A DNA stretch of 64,000 nt from Balanoglossus misakiensis (taxonomy: Eukaryota; Animalia; Hemichordata), in contig CM082581.2 in assembly GCA_040954595.2 (NCBI GenBank), positions 10,105,099 to 10,169,098 on the forward strand, given 5' to 3'. Shown here piece after piece: positions 12,701 to 30,341 of the stretch. Both the position numbers and the translations under genes were made by a program. The notes under the pieces are model-generated. The model worked only from the letters and a program-made list of their open reading frames with translations, was not told where the DNA came from and made no database searches. The number at the start of each line of letters is the position of its first letter. Positions within the stretch are counted from its first letter, which is position 1.

Positions 12701-15159
12701 AGATCATCACAGTTCGGTGGCGCAAACAATGACAACATATCCTCTTCAGCATAGTATGAACTGGTGTTTGTGTTTGCACTGTCAGATTTTGTCTCTGTGA
12801 GGTGGAAATATAAATTACATACACTATTTAGTACCTCTGAACCTGTCTTGGAAGAAAACTTTGGAATATGTCTAGGGGCTCAGGGTTATAAGAATATTGC
12901 AACCAACTCAATGTCTGAACATGTTTCACAGGCAAAGCCATACCAGAAATTCTAAATAGATGCTGCAGAAGATTCACCATCACTAACCTTCACTATCAGA
13001 ACCACTGTCGGCTACACAAAACAGCACATCGTCATCAGGGGCACTGTCATGAAGATCGCTTTCTTCCCCATCAACATTCGCTCTTGAACCACTGAAAACT
13101 GACAAGTAGTTTTCACCGTCTTCTTCCGAACCACTACTTTTGGGCTCCTCCTTGATCCTTGTGAGGAGAATGGATTCCAAGGTATCCTCCGCAGATCCAT
13201 CTGACTTGGCTGCATCGCCATCGTCATCTTCTGAATGTGGTTCTTCCTGCTGCTCATCTAAACTTGTTTTCTCGTGCGACTTCTCACATTCCACAGTGTC
13301 CCCACCACCATCATGGCTGCTTTTAACATCTGATGGAACGGGTGACGATGAAAATGGGGACGCTCTCACCTTGTTACTTTGTTTGTTCGGTGACTGCAAG
13401 GTGGTTCCGACAGGGCTGGCAAGAGCCTTGGATGAGCCCAGGTTACCCTGCTTCAGTAAAGTCTTGGGAGATCTTGGAAGTGGCGACTTTTCAAGTGGTG
13501 GAAAATGGCTGCTTGTATGTGGAGACAGACCCAAACTGCCGGCTTGATTCGTACATCTCACCTCATCTGCAGTTGCTCTATCACCAAAATGGCTTCCTGA
13601 AAGATCCAAAACAGAGAACGTTACGACCAATGGCACCGATACACAAGGGTAAAAGTCACAAATTGTTCTACAGCAGTTTTTGTGTGGATAAATCTTGCAA
13701 AGGCTATTATAGGCTAACCTGATGTCACATCACCATCAATCCCAGTTGAAAAGTCTGCAATGTTCTGCTTGTACACAGTGCCAGCTTGGGATTGAGAGTT
13801 GCTTGCTGACGCAGGAAGCCCACCGCCGTCAAAATTACATCTCTGCACAGCAAGTTTGGTGACTCGCGTCGGTAGAGGTGGAACCTTGAAGTTGCCGACC
13901 ATATTTGCGTTGGATTGGCCGGCTGAAGTCTGTGATGGAGGTAGCGATGGCGAAGGTAACTGTTGTGGTGGCGGTCGTAACCGAGGAGGTGATGGTGGTC
14001 GTGGTGGTGGTGCTACTGTGATTGTTTTCACAATCTTCCCGGCATATTTCTTGGTGGAAATTACCCTGTGACCGTTGTTGATACTGACCGATATCTCAGG
14101 TTTGCGTCCAAGGAACGTGCCAGACTTGGTATTGACTACAGTGCCTGCTCCATCAGAGAAACCAGAATTCTGATCAGTTCCTCCACTGGCAATGACAGCG
14201 TGTGCATCTTTAAAACTGTTCCAGAGTTCATTTTCTGAAGGCGTGAAACAACAACACACACACACACACACACACATATGATGAGCCCACTAATGTAAAC
14301 ACATGAATGAACTCAAACCATGTTTGTCTCAAGCAGAGTGGAGCTACACTCTCATAAAGTGAGAAAATCAAAGTTAAACTTGTGGCAACCATACTATAGA
14401 ATTTCGTCTATTTGTAATAATACAAATTCCTCACCTGGATTACACTCTTTCTTTGTTGGTTGACTGCGTGACAATGTAGATGGTTTGGCTGATGCTTGTT
14501 TCTCTCTTCTGATTTCATCCAATGTTTTTATTTTAATATGGGACAGATCATCTGCAAAGTGAGGGGTAGTACTAATTCAATGTGAGTGGAAAAAAGGGTC
14601 AATTAGAGTCTTCGTAATTGATCAGTGATTTAGTCAATCAATCAATCAATCAATTGATTAGTGATAATACTGCTTTAATCAATCAATCAATTAATTAATC
14701 AATAAAAAAGAGGACATGTTAATCAATCAACTTATTTATTTATCAATACAGATGATTTAATAAATCAATCAATCAATCGAACAAAAGTAGCCACACTTGA
14801 TGTAATGAAATGAATAACCAATGTCAATTGCAAATGTACATTTAGGGCCACTCAAGTGTATGCTAATTACGTGCGTGCCCTACACGCCCACTTTTCACAC
14901 GTGGTGAAATGAATTACGCTGGAGACGGAGAAGCTCCGTCGCTTGTTTATGTTTTCCTCCGAATTTAAGTTATATTCTAACAGTTTTTAAGAAAATAGAA
15001 TAACTTACCTTTCTTCTGCCAATGATATTTGGATTTTACTCTTTCAGTATATTCAGTATTTCCGTAGTAAGTATACGGATTTTGTTCCCACGGTGTGTTT
15101 CTTCTTTTCTGAAGGACATTTCTCAAATCGGTCGTTTTAGTTTTACCTTTCTTCGGCAT
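6736..15159 (-). CDS. TOPAZ1: TOPAZ1-like protein (~1770 aa): disordered N-terminus, PPR-like helical repeats, TOPAZ1 C-terminal region, Pro/Arg/Gly-rich linker, SRI-like C-terminus
   Basis: 17 exons (minus): 15159-15009, 14551-14435, 14234-13719, 13596-12988, 12794-12653, 12599-12146, 11951-11781, 11606-11512, 11357-11198, 11043-10960, 10804-10656, 10472(or 10484)-9968, 9817-9640, 9332-9078, 8859-8710, 8473-7080, 6915-6736; phases consistent (5310 nt). FDDFTEAA...KVDKDVLAYLAVGVLDMCHEKELWTQGHKVLFSLH and ARQLFIEACLEGIYP...KVMLVVSFTKIELKFTIEEYL resemble recalled vertebrate TOPAZ1 segments (KVDKGVLGRIGIS...WSKGRKVL; SALSLGCYP...SEIEMLLAIE). Confidence 0.75.
14635..14778. repeat. Degenerate (ATCA)n tetranucleotide microsatellite patches in TOPAZ1-like intron 1
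   Basis: Runs of caatcaatcaat at ~14635-14654, 14678-14690, 14721-14729 and 14763-14778. Confidence 0.8.
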
Positions 15160-15761
15160 GTTACTGTCTATTATAATTACCTCTTCCTCGAACGGTTTCA
15201 AACCTTGTAAACTTCCAAAGATGTGATATGTAACACTGGAAGTATTTGCCCAGATTTACACGAAGTTTCGAGTAAAATTGTTTCCAATACAAAATATTAG
15301 AAAGTCGCGATCTCGCGTGATTCGCGTTTGCCTGGCTGATCTACAAGGAAAACACGCCCTCAGCGATCAGACTTACAACTTCTCTGTCAAGCTTATCGAA
15401 AATAATGTCAAGGCTTCAGTCGTTATGATATTTTTTACACTTGATTGCTTTTTAAGTTATAAAAATAATCATCGTAGTTTTTTTTTAATGTCCATGGTAA
15501 TAAAACGGTTTTCTTCGACACAAAAGTATCAGATAGGCAGCCATAGGAAATCAACGCAAGTCATAATTGGAGGAAAGAAACAAACGAGGTTCAGATGAGA
15601 AAGTAAACACGTAGAAGAGTCGGAAGTGGGAAGTCAGCGATAGATTTCATGGACTGTCGTTGATTTCGTCGAAGCCTGTGTCATTTCTCTTTACTATTCT
15701 CAGCATCTTTGCCCAATGTCATGCGATCTCGGTGGAAACGGTACGATCCGACTGTGTGAAA
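15160..15761. promoter_or_regulatory. Bidirectional promoter TOPAZ1-like/FHIP2
   Basis: 602 bp between divergent ATGs; CGCG-rich element GTCGCGATCTCGCGTGATTCGCG (15304-15326); ETS-like CGGAAGTG (15621-15628). Confidence 0.7.
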
Positions 15762-21562
<5,801 letters not shown>

Positions 21563-23305
21563 GCCGTGGCGACTGCCAGTCTGGAAATTGTGCTTGAAGT
21601 GAGGAACACATATTGTGTGACAGCTCAAAAACTGTGAACACCGATTTACAAGCCCTGAAGCCCAGCCCAGTGATTAACCATGTGTGCCCAAAACTCGTGG
21701 AGATCGCAAACAGGATTCCATTTATGTTACAACAAGTGCACCTCATTCTTGTTTTGAGCCTGTTATAGCTTATGGTTTTGTCATAGTTTTATTTCACAGA
21801 AATGTATGTGTATAACATGTGACTTTGAACATAAACGTGGTATTTTAATGGTATGGTTTAGAAGATTATGGAAAGGGCTGGTTGCATGAAGAGAGTGAAT
21901 TGTACAATAAATTATTTATTCACTATTTTAATACTATTTTATTTTAATATGGAGTCTGCAGTCTCTGACAGTAACAGTACAACTCCTTGTGTTATTGGAA
22001 ATCTTTTACCATCAGCAGCTCACAGCGGCCAGTTAAAATTTTAAACCCTTTTATGTATCACTGCAATTGGATTATTTACATGAGGTGTACTTTACAGTAT
22101 TTTAGTGTTCTACCAAAGATAGATTCTGCACTGACAAACTTTTGAAATGTCAAATCATGCCAGAGGATATTATTTGTCAACCAAATTACATTATTTTCAG
22201 CATTAGATATAGGAGGGCAATGTAGTCACTGTGAGATTCTCTATTCATCATGTGAAATTTCAAGATAATATACTGTAGTGGAAGTATATGATACAGTATA
22301 AGGGAAAAAGACGTTTTTGACTGTGCCTAGCGCCATCAACGTCATATAACGATATTAACAGACCACTACTGCATATTTGCAGGTATTCACTGTAGATGGC
22401 GCTGTGTATGATTAATTTGAACATTGTGCAAGTTGTAAAATGACGCAAATGGGGAATCTATGGGGACAGACTACTTACGTTAAAACCGTTATTTTTGTAA
22501 CAAATAAAGCGCCGGTTTCTTCCTCTAGCTATCATGTGTGTGTTTGTTATATTACGCCTTTGCTCCTCTTGGATTCAGAATGAAACCCGAAACTCCAAAA
22601 AATAAGCAAAAAGAGCATATTATGTCTAAGACTGAGCTCCTTTTCTAGCCTCGTACTACTGTCGTAAACTTTTTCACAATTCACACTTTTAATGAGCGTT
22701 CGCCTGGTACATAAAATTCCTTTTAAAATAATACAGAACAACTCGAGAAAACAAGATAGGCCAAGCCAGTAACAAGTGTATCCGAACGTCTCCCATGCCC
22801 TGTGATGTCATTCACAAGGCCCAATCTGCCAAAAGCTAGTCTATAAACAAGTCATCGATCTGAAGAAATTCTATCACCAAATTCCTAAACGTATTGTCTG
22901 AAAACTGAACATTTCTAAATCGTCAATAGAAGGGAACGAATCATATGCCTAGTACGTATCCAACGGAAAACTCAGCAGATAAAGAAACTGCTGTCAAATT
23001 TACTATACATCGGGGTATTTTTTTCTTATACATATTTACAACTCCTTTGATAATCAGAAAGGAAAACTGACAACTACAGCAACATGACGCAATTCCAGAG
23101 AGGAGTAGTGTCACGGTACATGAACCCATTTGCGTCAGAAACTATCGGCGAAAACGTGACGTTCATTTTCGCATTTTACCACGTTGAGTGGCTGGGGTCC
23201 AGTCTCTATTCAAATTTCCATGGTTACACAATGACAGCGCGTCAGAGGTGCGTAATGTTATCCAGCCGAGTTTTTTTTCTGTACACGGTTGTATTCGGCG
23301 CTGCA

Positions 23306-23648
23306 TAAAATGACCACCGGGTTTAGTTTCAATCCTGAGAAATATCGGGGTTTTTAAACAAAAAATGCTTTTAAAAACTCCAAAGATACAATTTTGATAA
23401 TTTCATCATAATTTTTGTACACCTCATAATGAGAATATCCCAAGGAAAACCTGCAAACCAAATATCAAAGCAATCTGACAAGTGAATTGAGAACAAACTT
23501 TTTGTACTGTTAGGCAAGAGTATCACAAAATGCGGCTAGTTTGCATCATTTTTGGTAAAACCATCATTTGAAGAACATTCCACGCATAAACTCACACCAG
23601 CATATAGCTTTTTTAGCATAGCGCCATCTAGCTATCCGTAAAATGACC
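23306..23648. mobile_element. Possible short non-autonomous insertion bounded by a 10-bp direct repeat
   Basis: TAAAATGACC at 23306-23315 and 23639-23648 flank an AT-rich ~320-bp segment set in CpG-rich DNA; no convincing terminal inverted repeats. Confidence 0.3.
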
Positions 23649-26610
23649 GACTAGGGGGCGCTCGATCATTACGTGCGTTATAATACGGAGTGGATGCCCG
23701 GCGACATGATGCCCGAACGGAACTGCATGTACCGCTTCTGCTGACGACAATAATTTGCGAACAAATTTCCGGTGGAAATCGAATGTTAATTCCAACTTAA
23801 CGACAGTGTCTAAATCATGAACAAAACAGTGTTTGAATTGATCGATCATATTTATTGCACTCTGCATCAACCTCGAAAGGTATTAAGGCGTAAAACGAAC
23901 AAATCAAACGTTTCGTACAAACACATTCTATTATTCCTATAACAAATAATAATTACACGGAACAATTATAAACGGATAAAAGTCATATTTGCTGACATAT
24001 TTTCTTGAATGAAATCTGCAATAAAACATTTCGAATTCACAGTGGGTACTTTCTCATCACGGGCAATTTCCATGCCCTACGTAAATCGCATCTAATAAGC
24101 GCTCTTCAACTGTCTACGTCATCGCCGCGTGTACGTCATACACGGGGCTATTATAAACACACGTTCACGTATTTTCGATAAATTGGACATATCTTAGTGC
24201 TGTAAACACACACAAAATGGAACCATCAAAACATTCTTGGTGAATTTCAGAAATAACAAAACCCTGCAACATCCATTCTGCATCTTTGCGAAAATGCCTA
24301 GAGGGGGAGCGCGCGTTCTAAAAACACATGGTTTGACGAAAAAATGAGAAATGTTTTGACAACGTAATGAAATATCAACAAAGAAAACAGAGACGCAAAC
24401 ATGTTTTGGCTGTTACAAGTAGACATTAAAAATATCTTTCCTACTGACAATGTTGGCGTGTTGGGAGACATAATTCGCGATGTATCGTCACAAAAAGTCT
24501 CAACACCAGTTTAGTTCCAAACAGGTGGTATAAATGTGCGGGTTTCTCCAACAAACAAAAAACATCGATAATCATACCCGGTGTGTTAAAATTACAGTAT
24601 TTCCTACCCACATTTATGGATAAAGAAAATATCACACGTATATTTAGTCCGTGGACGGGTGTTAAAACAAGTCTGGAGAAAAACTTAACGCATGATTTCA
24701 TGCCCAGGTACCAGTCTATCAGGGTTTTTTGTTTGTTTTCTATAAATGAAATATGTTAATTTTGACATTTCCAAAGACAACACAGATCTTTTCATCTTAT
24801 CGCAGACAACGAATAATTCAATTCAAAATCCATACGGGAACTTTTTTCACACGATCTCACACCACTGTAACCTCATCTACCAGACACAGGATTTCGTTTT
24901 GTTTTTTTACAACACCATTACATACAATATACCGCTAACTTGAACTTTGTAAAAATTCCCAGAAGTTTTGAACCCGCTCCCTCTATTTTCATTCACCTAC
25001 AAAATTACATTTCACTTTTTTTCTGCTTGTATAGCTCATACAAGCTAAACACCACCATAACTGCCAGAAATCAAAATCAGAAAGTACATTTTCTCTTCCA
25101 GCAGTGTCTCTCCCTGCTCCCTTGCAATTTTCCTGGAAGTGAAGCCAACACTGGCCTTGCACTCTACTGCACTTTACGGTCATTTCCTCGAAGAAAGTAC
25201 GATTACCTATATAAAATCCAAAAATGAAACGTCCTTTAATCAACTGCTTCTTCGCCTATCTGAAAGGGTCACATTATGGGACCAACCCCTCCAGTCTGCA
25301 ATACAAGCACAACTACTACGAATTATTGATGCGTGCTGTTTTCTTTTTCCCCCTTTGTCAACTGGAGAGACAGACAGATGACAACCATTTAAAACACAAT
25401 ACAGAAAGATTTGCTACTGTAGCCCTGTGCCACTCATTCAATCTTGTCCTTGGAATTGATTTTAATCTGTGACAGGACGTCAAACCACTGGAAAGGCAAC
25501 TTGCCCGAGTAGGGCCCTTGTGATGGCCAGATGACGTCTTAACTGCGGCAACATCTCGGTGATGTGCGGGAAGAGACACTTGAGTTATCAATAACAGACA
25601 CTTCCGACAACTGACGACATGACACAAGGATGGTATTTGACACAGACAAAAGACACCTGAAGGGAAAATCTTCTCATCATCACTGTGAATTCAGACCTAA
25701 AATAGACCGTTGATCGGTCGGCCAGTTAGCTTTACATACTAAGAGATTTGCACTGACCAGTACGGTGTTTCGACCACTGATCGGATAAATTTCGACTGAC
25801 CAATCAGAGAGAATAAATTTACAGGGTTTTCTTTGGGTGACATTACAACATCTGAAGGACAATTAATAGAAGAAAAGAAAACGAGTCTATTGCACTTTTT
25901 TCTGGTTGTCCATAATTGCTCCAGAGACCACTTAAAGAGGTCTATGGTTACTCACACTTTCCACACAACTCGGTCATCTTCTGTGGCATGGTCTGATCGT
26001 ATATCTGATCATATACATTGCCTATCTGCTTTAAATCTGTTGATGACCTGTGAATACTCTGTAATGACCATGATCAGATCACATGATCAGTGGGTTTTTT
26101 CCTGTGTTTTTTTGTTTGTTTGTTTTATGAAAACGTGACTGGTGCTGCATGTCTGATTCACCCCAATGAGTTCAATATATGGCCCAGGGGAATGGCATTG
26201 TATTCTGGGCCACGATACAAAAAATTATCAATTATGGAATGTGAGCATTCATTGTGACCAGATCCATTTCATTAATCTACAAAACAATCTAACATTTCTC
26301 ATTTGGACATTTGCGAGCTGTTTCTCAATTAGGTCTGTACAGTGGGCGTCACATGGTCGAGTGATCCCACAGTACAATTACCATCATGAATGCCCTTAAG
26401 GAAATTGATTTTTTTTTACTTAAATGATGATGAATTGTGTTTCATTTAATAATGATTAATTAAAGGGACAATGTTTCTCTCTTCTTCTTTTTTTTTTTTT
26501 GAGTTTCTTCATGAATTTTGTTGGGTTGGGAATGCGACCAGAGAATCCTCCTGATGACAATTCGGGTGTCAATCATCCAGCTTTGTGCTGGATTAAGCCA
26601 GGTGGTAGTA

Positions 26611-26642
26611 GGGCTGGGGTGGGGTGGGGGTGGGGGTGGGGG
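26611..26642 (+). repeat. G-tract array GGGCTGGGGTGGGGTGGGGGTGGGGGTGGGGG (G-quadruplex-competent) in the BIN3 3' UTR
   Basis: Six G-runs of 3-5 nt with 1-2 nt loops. Confidence 0.8.
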
Positions 26643-26702
26643 AAGATCTGAGGATTTCAAATACAAAATAAATAATGTTAGGGAAAGATGTGGGAACAGC
26701 TG

Positions 26703-26750
<48 letters not shown>
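26703..26750. repeat. (ATCA)12 microsatellite overlapping the BIN3 stop codon
   Basis: Perfect ATCA repeats; on the minus strand they read GAT GAT TGA TTGA TTGA... Confidence 0.9.
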
Positions 26751-26751
<1 letters not shown>

Positions 26752-29700
26752 CCACCACAATGGAGAGTGCTCTGATGTTGTTCAATTTCTGGTGCAACTG
26801 ATCTTCGTAATTTTCGTTGGTGATTGTCATCGTCTGGTCATCGCACAACTGTCCAGACATCTCGTCGAAAAGCTTATAAGCCTCTGTGTAGTATTCGATC
26901 TGCAAAAACAAAAATTAAGAACGCTTTCATTTTGAGTACCCGATCTGACATCGTTTCATTTACCAGGTAGAATTGTAGAATTTTAAGTACATGTAGTGAT
27001 GATCAACATTTCAACTACACTTCTCGATGACTCAGTTTTCAGGAGAGAAGTTTTCAGCAGAACAATCTACAGGTAGTTCACCTGCATCTACGTTTTTCTC
27101 TCCCTTCCTTTTTGCCCTTAATGACCATCGAACCTTTGCCCACACACGTCTCTGTCCCACATACCCACTATAAGGTTTCAGCCCCCAATTATTTCTTGCA
27201 AATGGCAGATTAGTAAATAATTGACATCATCAGAGTAGGTGGACCAAAAACCTTTTCCTGCCGTTTCTCAAGCATATTTCTGTTGTCACATGTATTCCAC
27301 TCAGTCGGACATGAATGTAATTTTTTTTTCTCTTTTGGTCACATGTACCGACCACCTCAAGGGCACTGGGGACAGCAGAAGAATACGACTAAAAGTCTGA
27401 AAACTACAAGAAAATGTGGTGAAAATATTCACATAGCCTAGATACCGCACCAGGGGAGTTTTTCCCCCCACAGACACCCACACTTTTTGTTTGATGTTTT
27501 GCCTACACTGTAGTCCGGAAGAACGGTTGAAGGCAGATGTTGGTGGGATGAAGGATTTGTTGGAGTTTCCATTTCACAGTTCGTTGCATAAACCTTCTAG
27601 CGTGCACACACACCCCGCTTACAAAATATTTACTCTTTCTGTAAATGTTAAAGAGACTGTTCCAATCTTCTCCCCCTCATTCTGTAAGTTACAGGAACAC
27701 AGGTCACAATGCGAAAGAGAGAGAGTTAGTGACATGGCCTTTCTATGGCTTGCCTGGGACATTTGAGAAATATTCAGCTCTCTGTCGAGGAAATTAACCA
27801 CACAAGATTTTGATTGAAGAGGGTGAAAAACATGTTAAGCAGACATGAAACAATCTTGAAACACTTCAGAATGGTAAGTTTTCTTCATTTTTTTTTATCA
27901 CATTCTGTCAGAATCTGCAGCAAACTGTCTGAAGACTTGCCCGAGATAAAATGGGAATTAAGGCACCACAAACATCAAGCAACGGGCGTAAGTTAAAAAC
28001 ACATGACTCATGCCAGAAACCAGGAAGCAAGACAGTCTATGGGTTGCAAACAACAAAACATCCCCCTTCTTCCTCCCAGCATTTTCTCCTAATAATTAAC
28101 TTTCGAAACAACACCAATCAATGACACATCTTTGCGATTTCTTCAACGACGTCCAACCACACAAAATCCATGGATCAGGTTTCAAAACCCCACAGTGTAC
28201 TACAAATGCTATCAACAGCTCACCCAGACATACTGATCATGATTGCTTGTAATGTATGGGTGTACGTGCCATAGGTGGGTTTTTAATGTAAAAAAAAATT
28301 GTTGTGCCAAAATGTTAACCCTTAAACCACTGATTTGAGATTGTTGAACAACAGGAAAAGTTCTGGTACTCTTAACTAAATATTTCTTCTTAATCTTGCC
28401 TAGAGTACGGACAAATAGGAAAAAAATTGTAGTCTATAAAGTCTAACTGCATCATGCCATGTTAATTCTATAATGACACTAATTCTAGATGTGAGAATTC
28501 CAGCCTCACCAAAAGTATTCTGATTTTCACTGTTGGCAACGGGAAACATCTCAAAAGGGTGATTTTAAACATGAAGTCTAGGTTTAAACTAACCACAAAC
28601 CAATGATGTAATAATTGCACTGACACTGAGTTTTTGAAACACTGGAATCTGGATGAAACCGGAAAGTGAGCATGAAGTTTTTTACAAATGCTTCCAACAT
28701 CCACAATGTCTAGTCATTTGCGAAACTGCACACCCCACAAAGCTTCATCAATTTCATGTTCTTTTCATCTTATTTTTCACAAAAATGTCATCGAATCATC
28801 CTGCGCGTTTTAATCATAGACCGCAACAAGCACTGACATATAGCGAGTTCAGGAAAACCTCAGGCAGTTCTACCTGATATCAAATTTAAGATGATTTCCA
28901 AAATATCCATTCCCTTAACCGCTATGCATTGGCAAACCATGTAGACTTTTTAAAAACAAGAGAAGTTCACTGTGCTGTTTGGTGTTGAATACATTTTCTG
29001 CCATTTTACAAAGACATATTTCTCTCTCTCTCTACACATGGAGAAATCTAGAAAATGTGCCTTGCTTGGGAAGACCGTGGGTGTTCCATACTTTCGATCC
29101 GACATACATGTATGACTAACTGAAAAACTTCTGCTGCGTCAGGGATCAAGGGGGGAGGGGGCAGTGGAAGGTAACGGCAGTGACAGCCATACTCTGACGT
29201 GGCATTTTGGATGCGATCGACCGGTACATTGATGCGGGTGCAGCCATCTGATATGGCCTGCCACGGCCTCTCTGCAAAGACCAATTACCCAAGTCATAAA
29301 CCCCAAAAAACCTTCCCCTCTACACGACAATGAATTGTACATATTCCACACAGAAAATGATTATGAGAATTAAGGACTGCCATTTAGCAAATTTGACTGA
29401 TTAAAAATTCATGTTCTGAAATAGACCACAACACAATTAATTAATTGGTTCACGTACATATCAGTATTGATTCAAATGTATGTCTGAGTGCCGAGTTTAA
29501 TATAATAATGGTCACAATGCATGATTGCACATAAAAACAAAAGAGTCACAACTCAATGATTATCAGTTTCTGCTAGCAACAGTTCCGAGGTCTGACCGGT
29601 TTATGTACAGTCTGTATTGCTTGGGCAGAGATGCCTCATTTTTTCAGGTTTAACACCTTGGAAAAGGCTTCAGATGTTAAAGTTGGCTAAATTTTATCAC

Positions 29701-30293
29701 GGCCAAAACACAGATGCAAGAACTTCAGTTACTCAAAAAAAAAACCTTAGAAGGCCACACATTAATTTTCTATAGTGCTTGTAGTTCAACCTTTTAAGTT
29801 TTGTTTTACTTCAGGCCACAAATGCTAGATAGAGTAAAAGACTAACATAAATGGGAACCATATATGTGCCGCTTCGAAGAATCTGTCCCAGCCCACATGG
29901 ATGTGTGGGTTTTTTTGACAGATTAAACATCAGAGGCCAAATCATGCAGAATCATCAAAGACTGGCCCAAACGCCCACATTATGAGTCTTCTGAAATTTG
30001 GAAAAGGTCAGGTGGTAATGTCCATGTGATAACCAAGAATACAAGGTGCTAGGTTTGAAAGTTGGCTTATAGAAAATCAAGAGGTTTTATAAACTTTCAA
30101 CTTGTCATTTCATGTTTTCTTTAGCTCATTCTACTGTGATTCCGGCACAATTTCACTTTTTTCAACCATTTCAATCCCATGGAAAGTAATCTTTTCAAGT
30201 AAATCTGCACCACAGATGCTGACATCATGAGTTGCACTTTCTCTCTCTCTCTGTCTCTCTCTCTCTTGACTGTCTATCAATCTCTGTCTCTCA

Positions 30294-30341
<48 letters not shown>

